A stretch of 60,500 nt of DNA, counting the filler. It is 3 parts of 3 records of this genome, joined end to end, with 100 filler letters (N's around TTAATTAATTAA, not from the genome) between each part and the next. Parts side by side here need not be neighbours in the genome. Positions count along the whole stretch, not along the records: positions 1 to 30,159 come from SRR20825019_160; 2 more parts are not named here. The stretch is one strand, 5' to 3'. The number at the start of each line of letters is the position of its first letter. Within the stretch, counting starts at the first letter, position 1. A program made the position numbers and the translations under genes. Of the stretch, positions 10,604-19,994 are shown piece after piece. Below the pieces are notes generated by a model. The model made no database searches, had not been told where the DNA came from, and saw only the letters and a list, made by a program, of their open reading frames with translations.

Positions 10604-11385
10604 CAGCGTTCCTCCCGCTTGCACCAGTGCGCGATCAGATCGAGCAGGGCGAACCAGATGAAACGGGAATTGTGCAGCAGGTAGCGGCCAATCAGGCGCC
10701 GGGGCTCCTGCAGAATGCGGTACAGCCATTCAAGGCCGAGAGACCGCATGGCGCGTGGCGCCCGCTCCAGCCTGCCAGACATGAAATTGAAAGCGGCGCC
10801 GATGCCGACCATGGTGCCGTTCACGGCGGTGCTGTGCCGGACCATCCAGAATTCCTGACGCGGGCAGCCGAGGCCGATGAAAATCAGTTTGGCGCCGCTT
10901 GCATTCATCCGCTCGGCCACTTCCGCATCGAAATCCGGCCGCTCCGGGAGCAGTGGCGGGCTCTCCCAGCCGACGACATTCAGCTTCGGGTGGGTCACGG
11001 CGAGAGCGCGGCGCAGGTCTTCGAGTTCGTCCGGCATGCCGCCATAGAAATAAACGGGCAGGCCCGCGCCTTCTGCCTGCGAGATCAGCCAGGGCGCCAG
11101 GTCCGGCCCGGCCACCCGTTCGCTTTCGGGGTGTCCTTTCAGAGTGAGCATCCATTTTACCGGCATGCCGTCCGGTGTGATCAGTGCCGCACCGTCTAGG
11201 GCGGCGGCGAAATCCGGATCGGCTTTGGCGAGCGAGAGAGGATGGGCGCCGGAAACGCAGGCATAGGCCGGTTTCGCTGAACGGGCGCAGGCAAGGATGG
11301 CCTCCGCCACCGCAGCAAAGCGCCCGGCGGCGATTTTGCGGCCCAGCACCGGTACCATTTGGATGTCGGGATGATCTTTCGTCAC
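10603..11385 (-). CDS. WecB/TagA/CpsF family glycosyltransferase (GT26)
   Basis: PDGMP, RVAGPDL, IGLGCPRQE, GIGAAF, RAP..M..LGLEWLYR..QEPRRL motifs. Confidence 0.92.
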   Translation of the reverse strand: MTKDHPDIQMVPVLGRKIAAGRFAAVAEAILACARSAKPAYACVSGAHPLSLAKADPDFAAALDGAALITPDGMPVKWMLTLKGHPESERVAGPDLAPWLISQAEGAGLPVYFYGGMPDELEDLRRALAVTHPKLNVVGWESPPLLPERPDFDAEVAERMNASGAKLIFIGLGCPRQEFWMVRHSTAVNGTMVGIGAAFNFMSGRLERAPRAMRSLGLEWLYRILQEPRRLIGRYLLHNSRFIWFALLDLIAHWCKREER

Positions 11386-12554
11386 GCTCTTGCTGTCCCG
11401 CCTGTCAGGCTTTCATAGAGTGCGGTCTGCTGTGACATCGTCTCTGCCGTGGTCAGATGTTTCTCGTAATGCGCCCGCGCCGTGGCGCCCCATCGTGCCA
11501 GGCGATCCGGCTCGGCGAAGGCGGCATCGATGACGCGAATCATGCTGTTCGGATCGAACGGATCGAAGCGGGCGCCGGTCCGATCTTCCTCCACCAGCTC
11601 TCCAAGCGCGCCGATATTGGAGGCGAGCACGGGCAGGCCGGAGGCAAAGGCTTCCGCGATCACCATCGGGAAATTCTCGTAGCACCGGGAGGGGATGACG
11701 CAGAGTGCGGCACGGCGCATCTCGCTGGCGATGGCGTCGGGGCCGAGCGTACCAAGCGCGATGGCCCGGCCATCCCGGACGGCGTCATTCAGGACCGGTG
11801 CGTCGGGACCGTCGCCGACCACACGCAGGGGCGGCCAGTCCTTCTTCCACAGCCGGAGCAATGGGGCGATGCCTTTTTCCGGAGAAAGACGGCCGACATA
11901 AAGGGCGCCGGATCTGTCTTGCGCCTCCGGTTTGTCGGCGAAAAGCGCACCCGGGCTGTTCGGCTTCACAATGACCCGGCCGGCGGGAAAGCCGGCCGCG
12001 ACGAAGCGGCTCTTGGAGAACTCGGAAAGGGCGATGAAGCGGTCAACCGACCGGCTCCAGGTATCCTTGTCACGGTGGTGCGCGATCATGCGTGCGAGGG
12101 CGAATGACCCGGGGATGCTCTCGCGATAGCAGCGATGCAGCACGGCCTGGTAAGGGCTGCCGCCGATACAGTCCTCGCAAATCCGGCCATCCCGCATGAG
12201 CAGGGCCGAAGCACAGATATTCCGGTAATTATGCAGTGTCTGGACGACGGGAATGCCGAGGTCGCGGGCGGCGTCATACAGCGACGCCGTGATCAGCGGG
12301 AAGATGTTATGGGCATGCACGATATCGGGTGCATGTTCCGCGATCTCGGCGCGCAGCCCGGCCCGGAGCGCGTCAGTGCCCGGCAACGACCAGGCCGTTG
12401 CAGCCTTGGCCCCGAGGGTTGAGATGCTCTCGTTATCCCGTTCCAGGATTGCAACGTCATATCCGGCGCCGCGCAACGCGGCCATCTCGGCCTCGACGGC
12501 CCGATCCTCTCCTCCGGCCTGCTGGTAGCGGCAATGCGCGAACAGGATTTTCAT
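11382..12554 (-). CDS. Glycosyltransferase family 4
   Basis: GGED, HAHNIFP, QTLHNYR, VGRLSPEKG, ENFPMVIAEAFASGLPV. Confidence 0.9.
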   Translation of the reverse strand: MKILFAHCRYQQAGGEDRAVEAEMAALRGAGYDVAILERDNESISTLGAKAATAWSLPGTDALRAGLRAEIAEHAPDIVHAHNIFPLITASLYDAARDLGIPVVQTLHNYRNICASALLMRDGRICEDCIGGSPYQAVLHRCYRESIPGSFALARMIAHHRDKDTWSRSVDRFIALSEFSKSRFVAAGFPAGRVIVKPNSPGALFADKPEAQDRSGALYVGRLSPEKGIAPLLRLWKKDWPPLRVVGDGPDAPVLNDAVRDGRAIALGTLGPDAIASEMRRAALCVIPSRCYENFPMVIAEAFASGLPVLASNIGALGELVEEDRTGARFDPFDPNSMIRVIDAAFAEPDRLARWGATARAHYEKHLTTAETMSQQTALYESLTGGTARA

Positions 12555-13711
12555 CGGGCCGATACCGCCTCGATGGCCTGCATGATCCGCCGGACGGTGT
12601 TCGCGTGCGAGAAACGCGCGGAGGTCAGGCGTGCCGCTTCTCCCATGGCCACCCGGAGTTCTGCCGGAGTGTCGAGGGCGCGGCTGAGAGTCCTGTCGGT
12701 CGATGCGGGGTCGAGGGGATCGAAAAGCCAGCCGTTTTCACCCTCCGTGACCATCTCCTCGGCCGCTTGGGCACGGCAACTCGCCAGCACCGGCAGGCCC
12801 GCCGCCATGGCCTCGTTGACAACCAGGCCCCATTCGTCGGCAAGGGTGGGGAAAGCCAGCAGGTCGGCATCGGCCATCAGGGCGGGAACATCTTCGTAGT
12901 CCACGTCGCCAAGAAAGCCGAGCTTGAGATTGGCGGGCAGCACCAGCGTTTCCAGTGCAATTCTCTCCGGCCCGTCGCCGATCAGCCGCCACTCGATGAT
13001 CCGGTCCGGATGGGTTGTGCACCACAGGATCAGATGTTGCAGAAAGGTCCGGAGGCCCTTGCGCTGTATCAGGCTGCCCACCGTGACCAGACGGAGCGTC
13101 CGGCTCGCTTCGGCCGCCGGACGGGCGGTGCTGTCCGGATGCGCGTAACGGTCGAGATCGGTTGACTGGTGGATGCGGAAAATCCGCTCGGGCGCGAACC
13201 CGATGCTTTCCAGATACCGGGCACCGGACTCGCCGTTGGTCATGGCCCCGTCCACCCCCTTCGCCAGCAGCCGCCGGAGGCACGTGCGAGCCCATCCGCG
13301 TCCGCGCTCGCTGTGCTCGGACACGGTGGCCCAGAGCAGCAGTCTCGTGCGCCGGCCCATAAGCGGTGCCAGACAGCGATAAAGGCAGGCCTGCAGGGTG
13401 CGGGCACCGAATTCGGCGCTGATGACGATATCCGGTGCCAGCGCACACAGGCGCGGGAGCATGTCGACGCTGAGATGGGTGGACAGATCCTCGCCGAACC
13501 CGTCCGGGTGGCGCCGCCGGTATGGCAGGGTAAGGGAGCGGGAGACACGGACATCGAGTCCGCGCCAGTCCGCTTTCCAGGAGCGGTCGGCCTCCATACC
13601 GGTGGAGACAAGCACGGTCAGCCGGCGCACCTCCCGCTCCAGCGCCTGGAACAGCGCAACGCGGTACGGCGGCACGATGTTAAGAAGCAGAACGACGGAG
13701 CAGCGGGGCAT
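12551..13711 (-). CDS. Glycosyltransferase family 4
   Basis: NIVPPYR, VGSLIQRKG, DEWGLVVNEAMAAGLPV. Confidence 0.9.
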   Translation of the reverse strand: MPRCSVVLLLNIVPPYRVALFQALEREVRRLTVLVSTGMEADRSWKADWRGLDVRVSRSLTLPYRRRHPDGFGEDLSTHLSVDMLPRLCALAPDIVISAEFGARTLQACLYRCLAPLMGRRTRLLLWATVSEHSERGRGWARTCLRRLLAKGVDGAMTNGESGARYLESIGFAPERIFRIHQSTDLDRYAHPDSTARPAAEASRTLRLVTVGSLIQRKGLRTFLQHLILWCTTHPDRIIEWRLIGDGPERIALETLVLPANLKLGFLGDVDYEDVPALMADADLLAFPTLADEWGLVVNEAMAAGLPVLASCRAQAAEEMVTEGENGWLFDPLDPASTDRTLSRALDTPAELRVAMGEAARLTSARFSHANTVRRIMQAIEAVSAR

Positions 13712-14993
13712 GCGGGATCGATCCCAATACGAGGCCTGAGAGGATGAAAATCGGGACCATGTTGTAGAAATAGATCAGGACATTATCGGTCAGCATCAGG
13801 GCGAGCAGCGTGATCTGCGCCAGTAAGGTGGAGGCCCCGAGGGAGGTCTCCCGGGCGCCCCATTTACGGAACAGGACATATTGCCGACGGCAGGCCAGCA
13901 TCATGCTGCCGAAAGCGCTGAACCAGAGCATGATGCCGATGAGCCCGTAATCGTGCCAGATCCGCAGATAGTCGTTATGCGGTTGCTCGATCCCGGCATG
14001 CAGAACTACCAGAGCCTCGGAACTCGAGGCTGGACCCTTGCCAACGATCGGTGCTTCGAGGGCGGAATTGATCACCGTGGTCCAGGCCAGGATCCGGCCC
14101 ATCGTGTTGATCTTCACGCCGCCGACAGCCGCCGACAGGTCGCCGGTGAAGAAGCGCTGTCTCAAGGGTTCGAAATTCAGCAGCATGAATGCGGCGAGCC
14201 CGACGGCGACCGAGAGTATGGCGAGCATCCGGAACCAGCCGGAAAAACTGTTCAGCCGGAGCTGCGCCAGGATGAAGACGCCAAGCCCCATGCCCATCGC
14301 CGCGCGCGAGAGGGAGAGCACCACCACCGCATAAAGAAAGAGAGCCAGCCAGAGATCGCTGCGCGAGCCATGCCGCCAGTAGCCGCAATGGATGGCGATG
14401 CCGATCAGCAGGAATCCGGCAAGAGAGCGCGGTGCGAAAATCTCCAGATGACCAAACCCGAGCACCGGGATCGCCAGCACATAGATCACCGCCGGTATCC
14501 AGATCGCTATCAATATGGCGCGGACAATGGCACGGGTCGGCGCGCGGATGCTCTTCGCCACCTGTGCTGCGATGATGAAGGAGAGGATGCTGGAGATGAT
14601 GATAACCGTGTTCTGAATGCCCTGCACCGTCAGCCGGTAGAAGATGAAACCGTAGGCGATCCATGCGGTGAACAGGAGGAACATGAAAGTCGACCAGCGG
14701 ATCTCGCGCACCACGTAGGGCCGCATCAGGAAATGCATGATCAGTAGAACGACGAACAGAAGCGAGAGAAAGCCGCCGAGGGATATCTGCGGGATAATGC
14801 GGAACTGAGCCGGGATGGTGACAAGCGCCTGGGCAAAGATGATGAACATCAGCAGCGAAACGCTGAGTGGCGCCGCCTGACCGAGCTGCCGGATACCGCC
14901 GGCGCTGCGATACAGGGCCGCCTGTGCCGCGGCACTGCCGGCTCCATTGCTTGGCGTTCCGGGCGTTCCGGGCATGCGAGGATGTCTCGCCAT
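13680..14993 (-). CDS. O-antigen ligase/Wzy-type polysaccharide polymerase
   Basis: About 11 TM segments, SLSRAA, GR...W, P..G.G, HNDYL motif. Start set to the ATG just after the GT2 stop. Confidence 0.85.
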   Translation of the reverse strand: MARHPRMPGTPGTPSNGAGSAAAQAALYRSAGGIRQLGQAAPLSVSLLMFIIFAQALVTIPAQFRIIPQISLGGFLSLLFVVLLIMHFLMRPYVVREIRWSTFMFLLFTAWIAYGFIFYRLTVQGIQNTVIIISSILSFIIAAQVAKSIRAPTRAIVRAILIAIWIPAVIYVLAIPVLGFGHLEIFAPRSLAGFLLIGIAIHCGYWRHGSRSDLWLALFLYAVVVLSLSRAAMGMGLGVFILAQLRLNSFSGWFRMLAILSVAVGLAAFMLLNFEPLRQRFFTGDLSAAVGGVKINTMGRILAWTTVINSALEAPIVGKGPASSSEALVVLHAGIEQPHNDYLRIWHDYGLIGIMLWFSAFGSMMLACRRQYVLFRKWGARETSLGASTLLAQITLLALMLTDNVLIYFYNMVPIFILSGLVLGSIPHAPLLRRSAS

Positions 14994-14995
14994 GC

Positions 14996-15817
14996 TCAGG
15001 CCGTTCCCGATGATGCGTGCAATTGGCCACACAGATGTTTCGCGCCAAGCCGGACGGACCGGACAGTGGCGGAGAGCTGTGCCCAGAGCGGGATTGCCAT
15101 GGTGCTGCGCGCTTCAGCCCGTATCACGGACAGGGCATTGCTGTAGTCCCGCTGGCGCCGGGCCGCGAAATAGCTGTCGTCCCGGCGCTCTCGCAGGCAG
15201 GTCACGGCGTCCGTCTGGCCAATCCCGCCGATCCGGAGCAGGCGAAAATAGAACGCATAATCGATGCAGATATCGAGCCGCTCGTCATAGCCCCCGGCCT
15301 GTTCCCACGCCGTGCGCCGGAACAGCACGGTTGAATGGGTAATCCGGTTGGAAGCGTACAGCATGGCGGGGGTGATCCGGCGCACGCGCGCGTCCCGGCC
15401 TGCCGGGGCGGGAGGTTGGGGAATGGTGCCTTCGAAAACAATCGCCTCCGAGCACGCCATGGCCAGCGCGGGATGTGCCTCAAGGACTGGAAGCGTGGCC
15501 CGCAGGCGGTATGGAAGGGCGATATCATCCGCGTCGAGAATGGCGATATAGCGGCCTTTGGCGGCGCGGATCGCCAGGTTTAGTGCCCGTGCCCGGCCTT
15601 GACGGCCGCCCTCGATAACGCGGATGCGCGGATCTGCTTCCGCCTCGGCGCGTGCAGCCGCCAGCGTGCCGTCCGTCGATCCGTCGTCGAACAGGATGAT
15701 TTCCACCGGCGCGTCAGTGTCCAGCATGCTCGCAGAGCGGAGCGCCCGTGCGACATGCGCTTCCGCCTGGAAAGCGGTAGTGACAACAGAGACGAGAGGA
15801 GATTGGGCCGCCAGCAT
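14996..15817 (-). CDS. Glycosyltransferase family 2
   Basis: PLVSVV, DDGSTDGT, ALN..I..AKGRYIAILDADD. Confidence 0.9.
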   Translation of the reverse strand: MLAAQSPLVSVVTTAFQAEAHVARALRSASMLDTDAPVEIILFDDGSTDGTLAAARAEAEADPRIRVIEGGRQGRARALNLAIRAAKGRYIAILDADDIALPYRLRATLPVLEAHPALAMACSEAIVFEGTIPQPPAPAGRDARVRRITPAMLYASNRITHSTVLFRRTAWEQAGGYDERLDICIDYAFYFRLLRIGGIGQTDAVTCLRERRDDSYFAARRQRDYSNALSVIRAEARSTMAIPLWAQLSATVRSVRLGAKHLCGQLHASSGTA

Positions 15818-15962
15818 GTGTCCTCTGGTTAAAACGCGGGCAGGGCAATTAACCTATCAGATCGCGACCCTGTCGTATATCGTGCCGGATCACGGGTTTT
15901 CCTGATTTCGCAATCGGTTGTGCCGCAGTGTTATGCAGTTTGGTTAATAGATCGTGTGCGTC

Positions 15963-16589
15963 ATGACTCTTCGTGGAAAATTTTTCGAGTATTTTAGGCG
16001 TCCCCTGCGCGACTGGTATCAGGAACGCAGGCTGAGACGGGCGGTGGCCTCGGGGCTGCCGTTGAAGATCGTGCTTGGCGGTACGGCCCCGGCGCCGGAC
16101 TGGTTCGGTTCCGATATCGGTTTTTTCGATGCAACGCGCGCGGCTGCCTGGGCGGAACTCATCGGCCGCGAGGCGGCGGTTGATCGGCTGCTTGCGGAGC
16201 ATGTGTTCGAGCATATTCCGCCGGAGCTGATCCCGGCGGTGCTGGAAAATGCCTTCCGTTACCTGAAACCGGGCGGCACCATCCGGATCGCGGTTCCGGA
16301 CGGGCATAATCCCAACCCGGATTATATCCGCAATGTGGAACCCGGCGGGACCGGTCCCGGCGCGGATGATCACAAGCAGCTTTTCACGCTGGAAAGCCTG
16401 AGCGCGGTGCTGGAGGCTGCCGGGTTTCGGGTTGAGCCCGGTGAATGGTTCGACAGGAGCGGGCAATTCCACGAGGAGCCGTGGGACGAAGAGCGGGGCC
16501 GTATTTACCGCTGCAAGCGGCACGGCACGCCGGACAAAAGCTTCCCGTCCTCACACCTCTCGCTGCTGGTGGACGGGATCAAGCCGTAA
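15963..16589 (+). CDS. Class I SAM-dependent methyltransferase-like protein (polysaccharide modification?)
   Basis: EHVFEHI...LKPGGTIRIAVPD motif. Located in the EPS cluster. Confidence 0.75.
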   Translation: MTLRGKFFEYFRRPLRDWYQERRLRRAVASGLPLKIVLGGTAPAPDWFGSDIGFFDATRAAAWAELIGREAAVDRLLAEHVFEHIPPELIPAVLENAFRYLKPGGTIRIAVPDGHNPNPDYIRNVEPGGTGPGADDHKQLFTLESLSAVLEAAGFRVEPGEWFDRSGQFHEEPWDEERGRIYRCKRHGTPDKSFPSSHLSLLVDGIKP

Positions 16590-16600
16590 GCAGGACCGGA

Positions 16601-17131
16601 TTATCGCTGCGGAAGCCGGGCCTCGTGTTCGGTTTTCTGTCGACTCGAGGTCACGTTATTTTGCGCCAATCCCTGGTTTGCCTGCCGAACCAGTCGCGCG
16701 CGCAAAATCTCGTGCTTTGACAATCGTCCGCTCGCGTGGAGCCACCGCGCCACATCCACCCAGTCCCAGAGGGGGGTGCTGGTCGTTACGCGGGCAACGG
16801 GAGAGGGAAAGCCCTGGCTACGGCTGCCTTTCGCGTAGTTGGACGCGGCTGCACGGGTAATCCCGGCGCGGAGGGCGATGTCGGACAGGCTTACCAAATG
16901 GTCTGGTTCTACATGGACGACTTTGGCGCCGGCCTCCCGCACATTGGCGATGGCCGAGAGCAGAGCGCTGCTGAAAGTGCGGGCGTCCCGATCAAACTCG
17001 ACAATAAGAGCGCCCTTCTGAAACGAGAGTGTCGCGTCATCACAGCCAGCCTCGAAGAAGCGGTCGCCAAAATCATCCGCGTTTGGATCGAGGCCGGTCG
17101 CGATGATCGTGAACTTATGACTGCCCATCAT
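16601..17131 (-). CDS. Putative antitoxin / DNA-binding protein (HicB-like N-terminus plus AlpA/XRE-like HTH)
   Basis: Start re-set to ATG 17131 after GAGAGGGAAG. FFEAGCDDA...FDRDA, then HTH LVSLSDIALRAGITRAAAS and FPSP...PLWDWVDVARW. Overlaps the upstream small gene. Confidence 0.7.
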   Translation of the reverse strand: MMGSHKFTIIATGLDPNADDFGDRFFEAGCDDATLSFQKGALIVEFDRDARTFSSALLSAIANVREAGAKVVHVEPDHLVSLSDIALRAGITRAAASNYAKGSRSQGFPSPVARVTTSTPLWDWVDVARWLHASGRLSKHEILRARLVRQANQGLAQNNVTSSRQKTEHEARLPQR

Positions 17132-17366
17132 CTTCCCTCTCGTGGCAATGCCGGCACATGTCGATCTTTCGGAGGATGCCGTTTGCATGGTTTTCGGCGT
17201 TTCTGGGCGTTGACCAAACCATGATGATGCATCCGTCCCGCGTGTGTTGCGGGCAGAGGAGGCGGCCCCATGAATGGCCTTTTGATAAGACAACGTTCCA
17301 TCCGCGACTCTCCGCACATTGAACGGCGCTTTCGATTTCCTTGTTCGGATGGCGCGGTCTAGCCAT
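17115..17366 (-). CDS. HicA-like small putative toxin, Cys-rich
   Basis: 83 aa. Pattern HPNKEI..A...GW....KGHSWG.L.CP...C...VWSTP resembles the HicA alpha-beta-beta-beta-alpha layout with the GH motif. Confidence 0.65.
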   Translation of the reverse strand: MARPRHPNKEIESAVQCAESRGWNVVLSKGHSWGRLLCPQHTRDGCIIMVWSTPRNAENHANGILRKIDMCRHCHEREDDGQS

Positions 17367-17391
17367 CGAACATCAGAAACATGATAGGAGT

Positions 17392-17407
17392 GTTGACGTT
17401 TGTCAAC
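17392..17407 (-). promoter_or_regulatory. Palindromic operator overlapping a -35 TTGACA of the TA-like pair
   Basis: Perfect inverted repeat GTTGAC-GTTT-GTCAAC, 25 bp upstream of the ATG. The minus strand reads TTGACA followed by TATCAT. Confidence 0.6.
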
Positions 17408-17533
17408 GGCCTTGAATGCTCCATGGCAAGAACAACCAAACTGCTTCGATCTACTGCTCGTTCTGCACTATAGAAAGCGGAGCCACGGTTTTGACGGCAC
17501 CGCGTCAACTGGATCGGGTTTTAACCGGGGCTC

Positions 17534-19153
17534 CTACAAAAAGACCCGATAGCGGGCCGTTGCGATGTCGCCCGGCGGGGGCAGAGCCGTCGCATGCGAC
17601 CAGAGCCGCAGCCGTCCGCTGATGCCGTATTGCGGCTCCGCCGCCGTGACTTCGGTCAGTGGCAGGTCGCTCTCCAGCGATGCCCCGTCGAGGGTGAATG
17701 TTGTGCCCTCACCCTTCTTCGATGCCGGCTTTGCCGATGCGGGCAAGGTCAGCCAGGGCAGGTGCAACCGGGCGTCATCAGGTGCCCCGGTCAGTGTCAG
17801 GGCATCCTCGATCTCGATTGACCCCGCCTCGAAACGGAACCGCCGCTCGAAGCGGAACGTAGCGGTCTCACCGACGATTTTATCCGGCCCGGACCAGCGG
17901 AAACCGGTGCCGGAAAGCAGGGTGCGGAACGTGCCGTCATGCTCCTCGAAGACCGGAAGAGGCAGGGACAGGGGAGTATAGATACTGTCCGGCAAGGCCT
18001 CGTCGCCATAGGACGGCAAAGGCCGCGCGCCGCTGGCCGTGACGATATAGGGCAGGGGCTGGGACGCGGTGATGGTACGGCGCGGCAGTGTGGTGATCGC
18101 GGAATAGGTGGCGTTGCGGACGATCCGGATACCGTCCGCCAGACTGTCCTCCGCCGGAAGCGGCAGGGGGGTGCCCGGCTCGGGCGAGGCCGCGAGCTGT
18201 TCCGCCGCGAGTTTTAGGACCGCGCCCGAAAAAGCCAGATAATCCGGTCCGTTATTGTAGGAATGCCAGCCGATCCGGCGTTGATGTGGGTGATGCGGCG
18301 GCGGCGTGATGTCCTCCGTCTCGTCGATCCGGGTGATCATCAGGGGCAGGGTGCCGTCGGGTCCGAGTGCGGCCTCCAGCCGGTCGGCAATGGCCCGCAG
18401 CAGGGTGATGGAGCCTTCCGGGGCGCAGCCAAGCCGCAGTCCGATTGCCAGCGCCAGTGTTGCTGCGGCATATCCGAAGCTCTGAAACCGTCCGCGCCCG
18501 ATGGCGTTTACCTCGCCATCATGCAGCGTGGTCCGGACAAGAGCCTGGAGGGCCGCGCGAAATTTCTCATGCAGAGCGGCGGAAGGCTCTTCAAGAACGG
18601 AGATCTGGTAACCAAGCAATGCCGTCGCGAAGGCATGATATTGCTGTGTCGGGGCGCCGCGCTGGTCCTCGATGAAGCCTTCCGGCCTCTGGTAGATGGC
18701 GAGGGTCAACCAGCGTTCCATCCGGCCGATGATCCTGTCGAGCCGAGCCGTTCCGGCAAGCCGTACGGTGCTGCGCAGCAGGGTCCAGTTGGCAACGCGA
18801 TTGCGGACAAAACCCATCCCGCCGAGCAGGTCTCCGGATTCCCGGTAGTGGCCGACAGGGCCAGAACGGAACAGGTCGGCAAGGGCGAATCGCACGAATT
18901 CCCAGTGAAAGCGGTTTTCCCAGACGCCGATCAGGGCCTGCTTGTCCTGTCGCTTCAGCCGGTCGAGCGCGGCTTTGATATCGGCGTTGAAGCGTTCGGG
19001 CCAGCGTTGCCAGAGCATGGCGGCGAAAGCGCTGCCGTAGAATTCCGTTTCCGCGAAACCGGTTTCAGGGTCGCACTGTGCGGCCAGGGCTCCGGCGATC
19101 TGCTCCGCGATCCAGTCGAACCGTGTGCCGGCGGTGCCTTCAGGAGGGTTCAA
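17534..19153 (-). CDS. Uncharacterised protein (predicted helical N-domain plus beta-rich C-domain, heparinase II/III-like by inference)
   Basis: 539-aa ORF with aromatic/His motifs HWEF, NW.LLR, QYHAF, GRG..QSFGY, GWHSYNN..DYL. 4-bp overlap with the upstream gene. Confidence 0.65.
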   Translation of the reverse strand: MNPPEGTAGTRFDWIAEQIAGALAAQCDPETGFAETEFYGSAFAAMLWQRWPERFNADIKAALDRLKRQDKQALIGVWENRFHWEFVRFALADLFRSGPVGHYRESGDLLGGMGFVRNRVANWTLLRSTVRLAGTARLDRIIGRMERWLTLAIYQRPEGFIEDQRGAPTQQYHAFATALLGYQISVLEEPSAALHEKFRAALQALVRTTLHDGEVNAIGRGRFQSFGYAAATLALAIGLRLGCAPEGSITLLRAIADRLEAALGPDGTLPLMITRIDETEDITPPPHHPHQRRIGWHSYNNGPDYLAFSGAVLKLAAEQLAASPEPGTPLPLPAEDSLADGIRIVRNATYSAITTLPRRTITASQPLPYIVTASGARPLPSYGDEALPDSIYTPLSLPLPVFEEHDGTFRTLLSGTGFRWSGPDKIVGETATFRFERRFRFEAGSIEIEDALTLTGAPDDARLHLPWLTLPASAKPASKKGEGTTFTLDGASLESDLPLTEVTAAEPQYGISGRLRLWSHATALPPPGDIATARYRVFL

Positions 19154-19959
19154 AGCGCATCTTCCAAAGTCATCTCCATGGCGAGCGCGACGTGCTCTCC
19201 CGCATCCAGACGGGCAAGCCCGCTGGCCTGCAGTTGCAGGACATTGCGGCCGCCGCGCTCCGCCGCATACCAGATGCGGGATTTCAGGCCGGGAACGGAG
19301 AGCAGGACACGGCTTGCCCAGTCAGGCAGGGAAAGCCGGGCAAAGCGATTGAACCAACGGACCCAGAGAAGCGCATAGGGCATCTTCGGGATCAGCCTGG
19401 CATGCACAACCCAGCCTTCTGGCGCATCCCGGACATAAAGGACCTGCTCGAATGCCGGCCCCGGAACGGATTCTGTGACCTGGATGTCGAGCTTTCCCGC
19501 CGGGCCGGAAAGCGCGGCATGGCGGACAGGGTGCTGGTGATAGATATTGCTGCCGGTATGCTGGAAATGCTCGCCGCCAATCGAAGCCTCAGTAAAGGAA
19601 TCGCCTGAAAAAACCGCCCTGACGACAAAATCCTGAAAGAGCGAGGGCGAAAGCGTGGTAAGCGAGGCGGAGAGAGCGAGTCCCCGTTTGTGGAGGCTCG
19701 ACGTGATGACAGTGCTCCACCGGCCCTCGGCCATTTCGACGGTCAGGCGCCTTTCGCCTGACCCGGGGCCGTTCGTGAGCGCGCGATCTTCCGTGATGCG
19801 GGTGCCATGACGTTCAGGCGCAAGGGTGAAGAAAGAGTGACGGTCGGCAGTTTCAATTCCAAAATCGGTTCCGCGGATACCGCCACAGCGGATCGCGGCC
19901 GGTACACCATGTTCCCAGTCGCATTCCCAGTCATACTCAATCAAGTCCGTCACACACAT
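19150..19959 (-). CDS. Uncharacterised beta-rich protein
   Basis: ORF coupled to the downstream gene by an ATGA overlap. Motifs DFVVR, IYHQHP, YVRD...WVVHARL. Start set to ATG 19959 to avoid overlap with wzx. Confidence 0.6.
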   Translation of the reverse strand: MCVTDLIEYDWECDWEHGVPAAIRCGGIRGTDFGIETADRHSFFTLAPERHGTRITEDRALTNGPGSGERRLTVEMAEGRWSTVITSSLHKRGLALSASLTTLSPSLFQDFVVRAVFSGDSFTEASIGGEHFQHTGSNIYHQHPVRHAALSGPAGKLDIQVTESVPGPAFEQVLYVRDAPEGWVVHARLIPKMPYALLWVRWFNRFARLSLPDWASRVLLSVPGLKSRIWYAAERGGRNVLQLQASGLARLDAGEHVALAMEMTLEDAL

Positions 19960-19994
19960 TCCCGTTTGGCCGGTGCCGCAATGGAGACCAGCAT

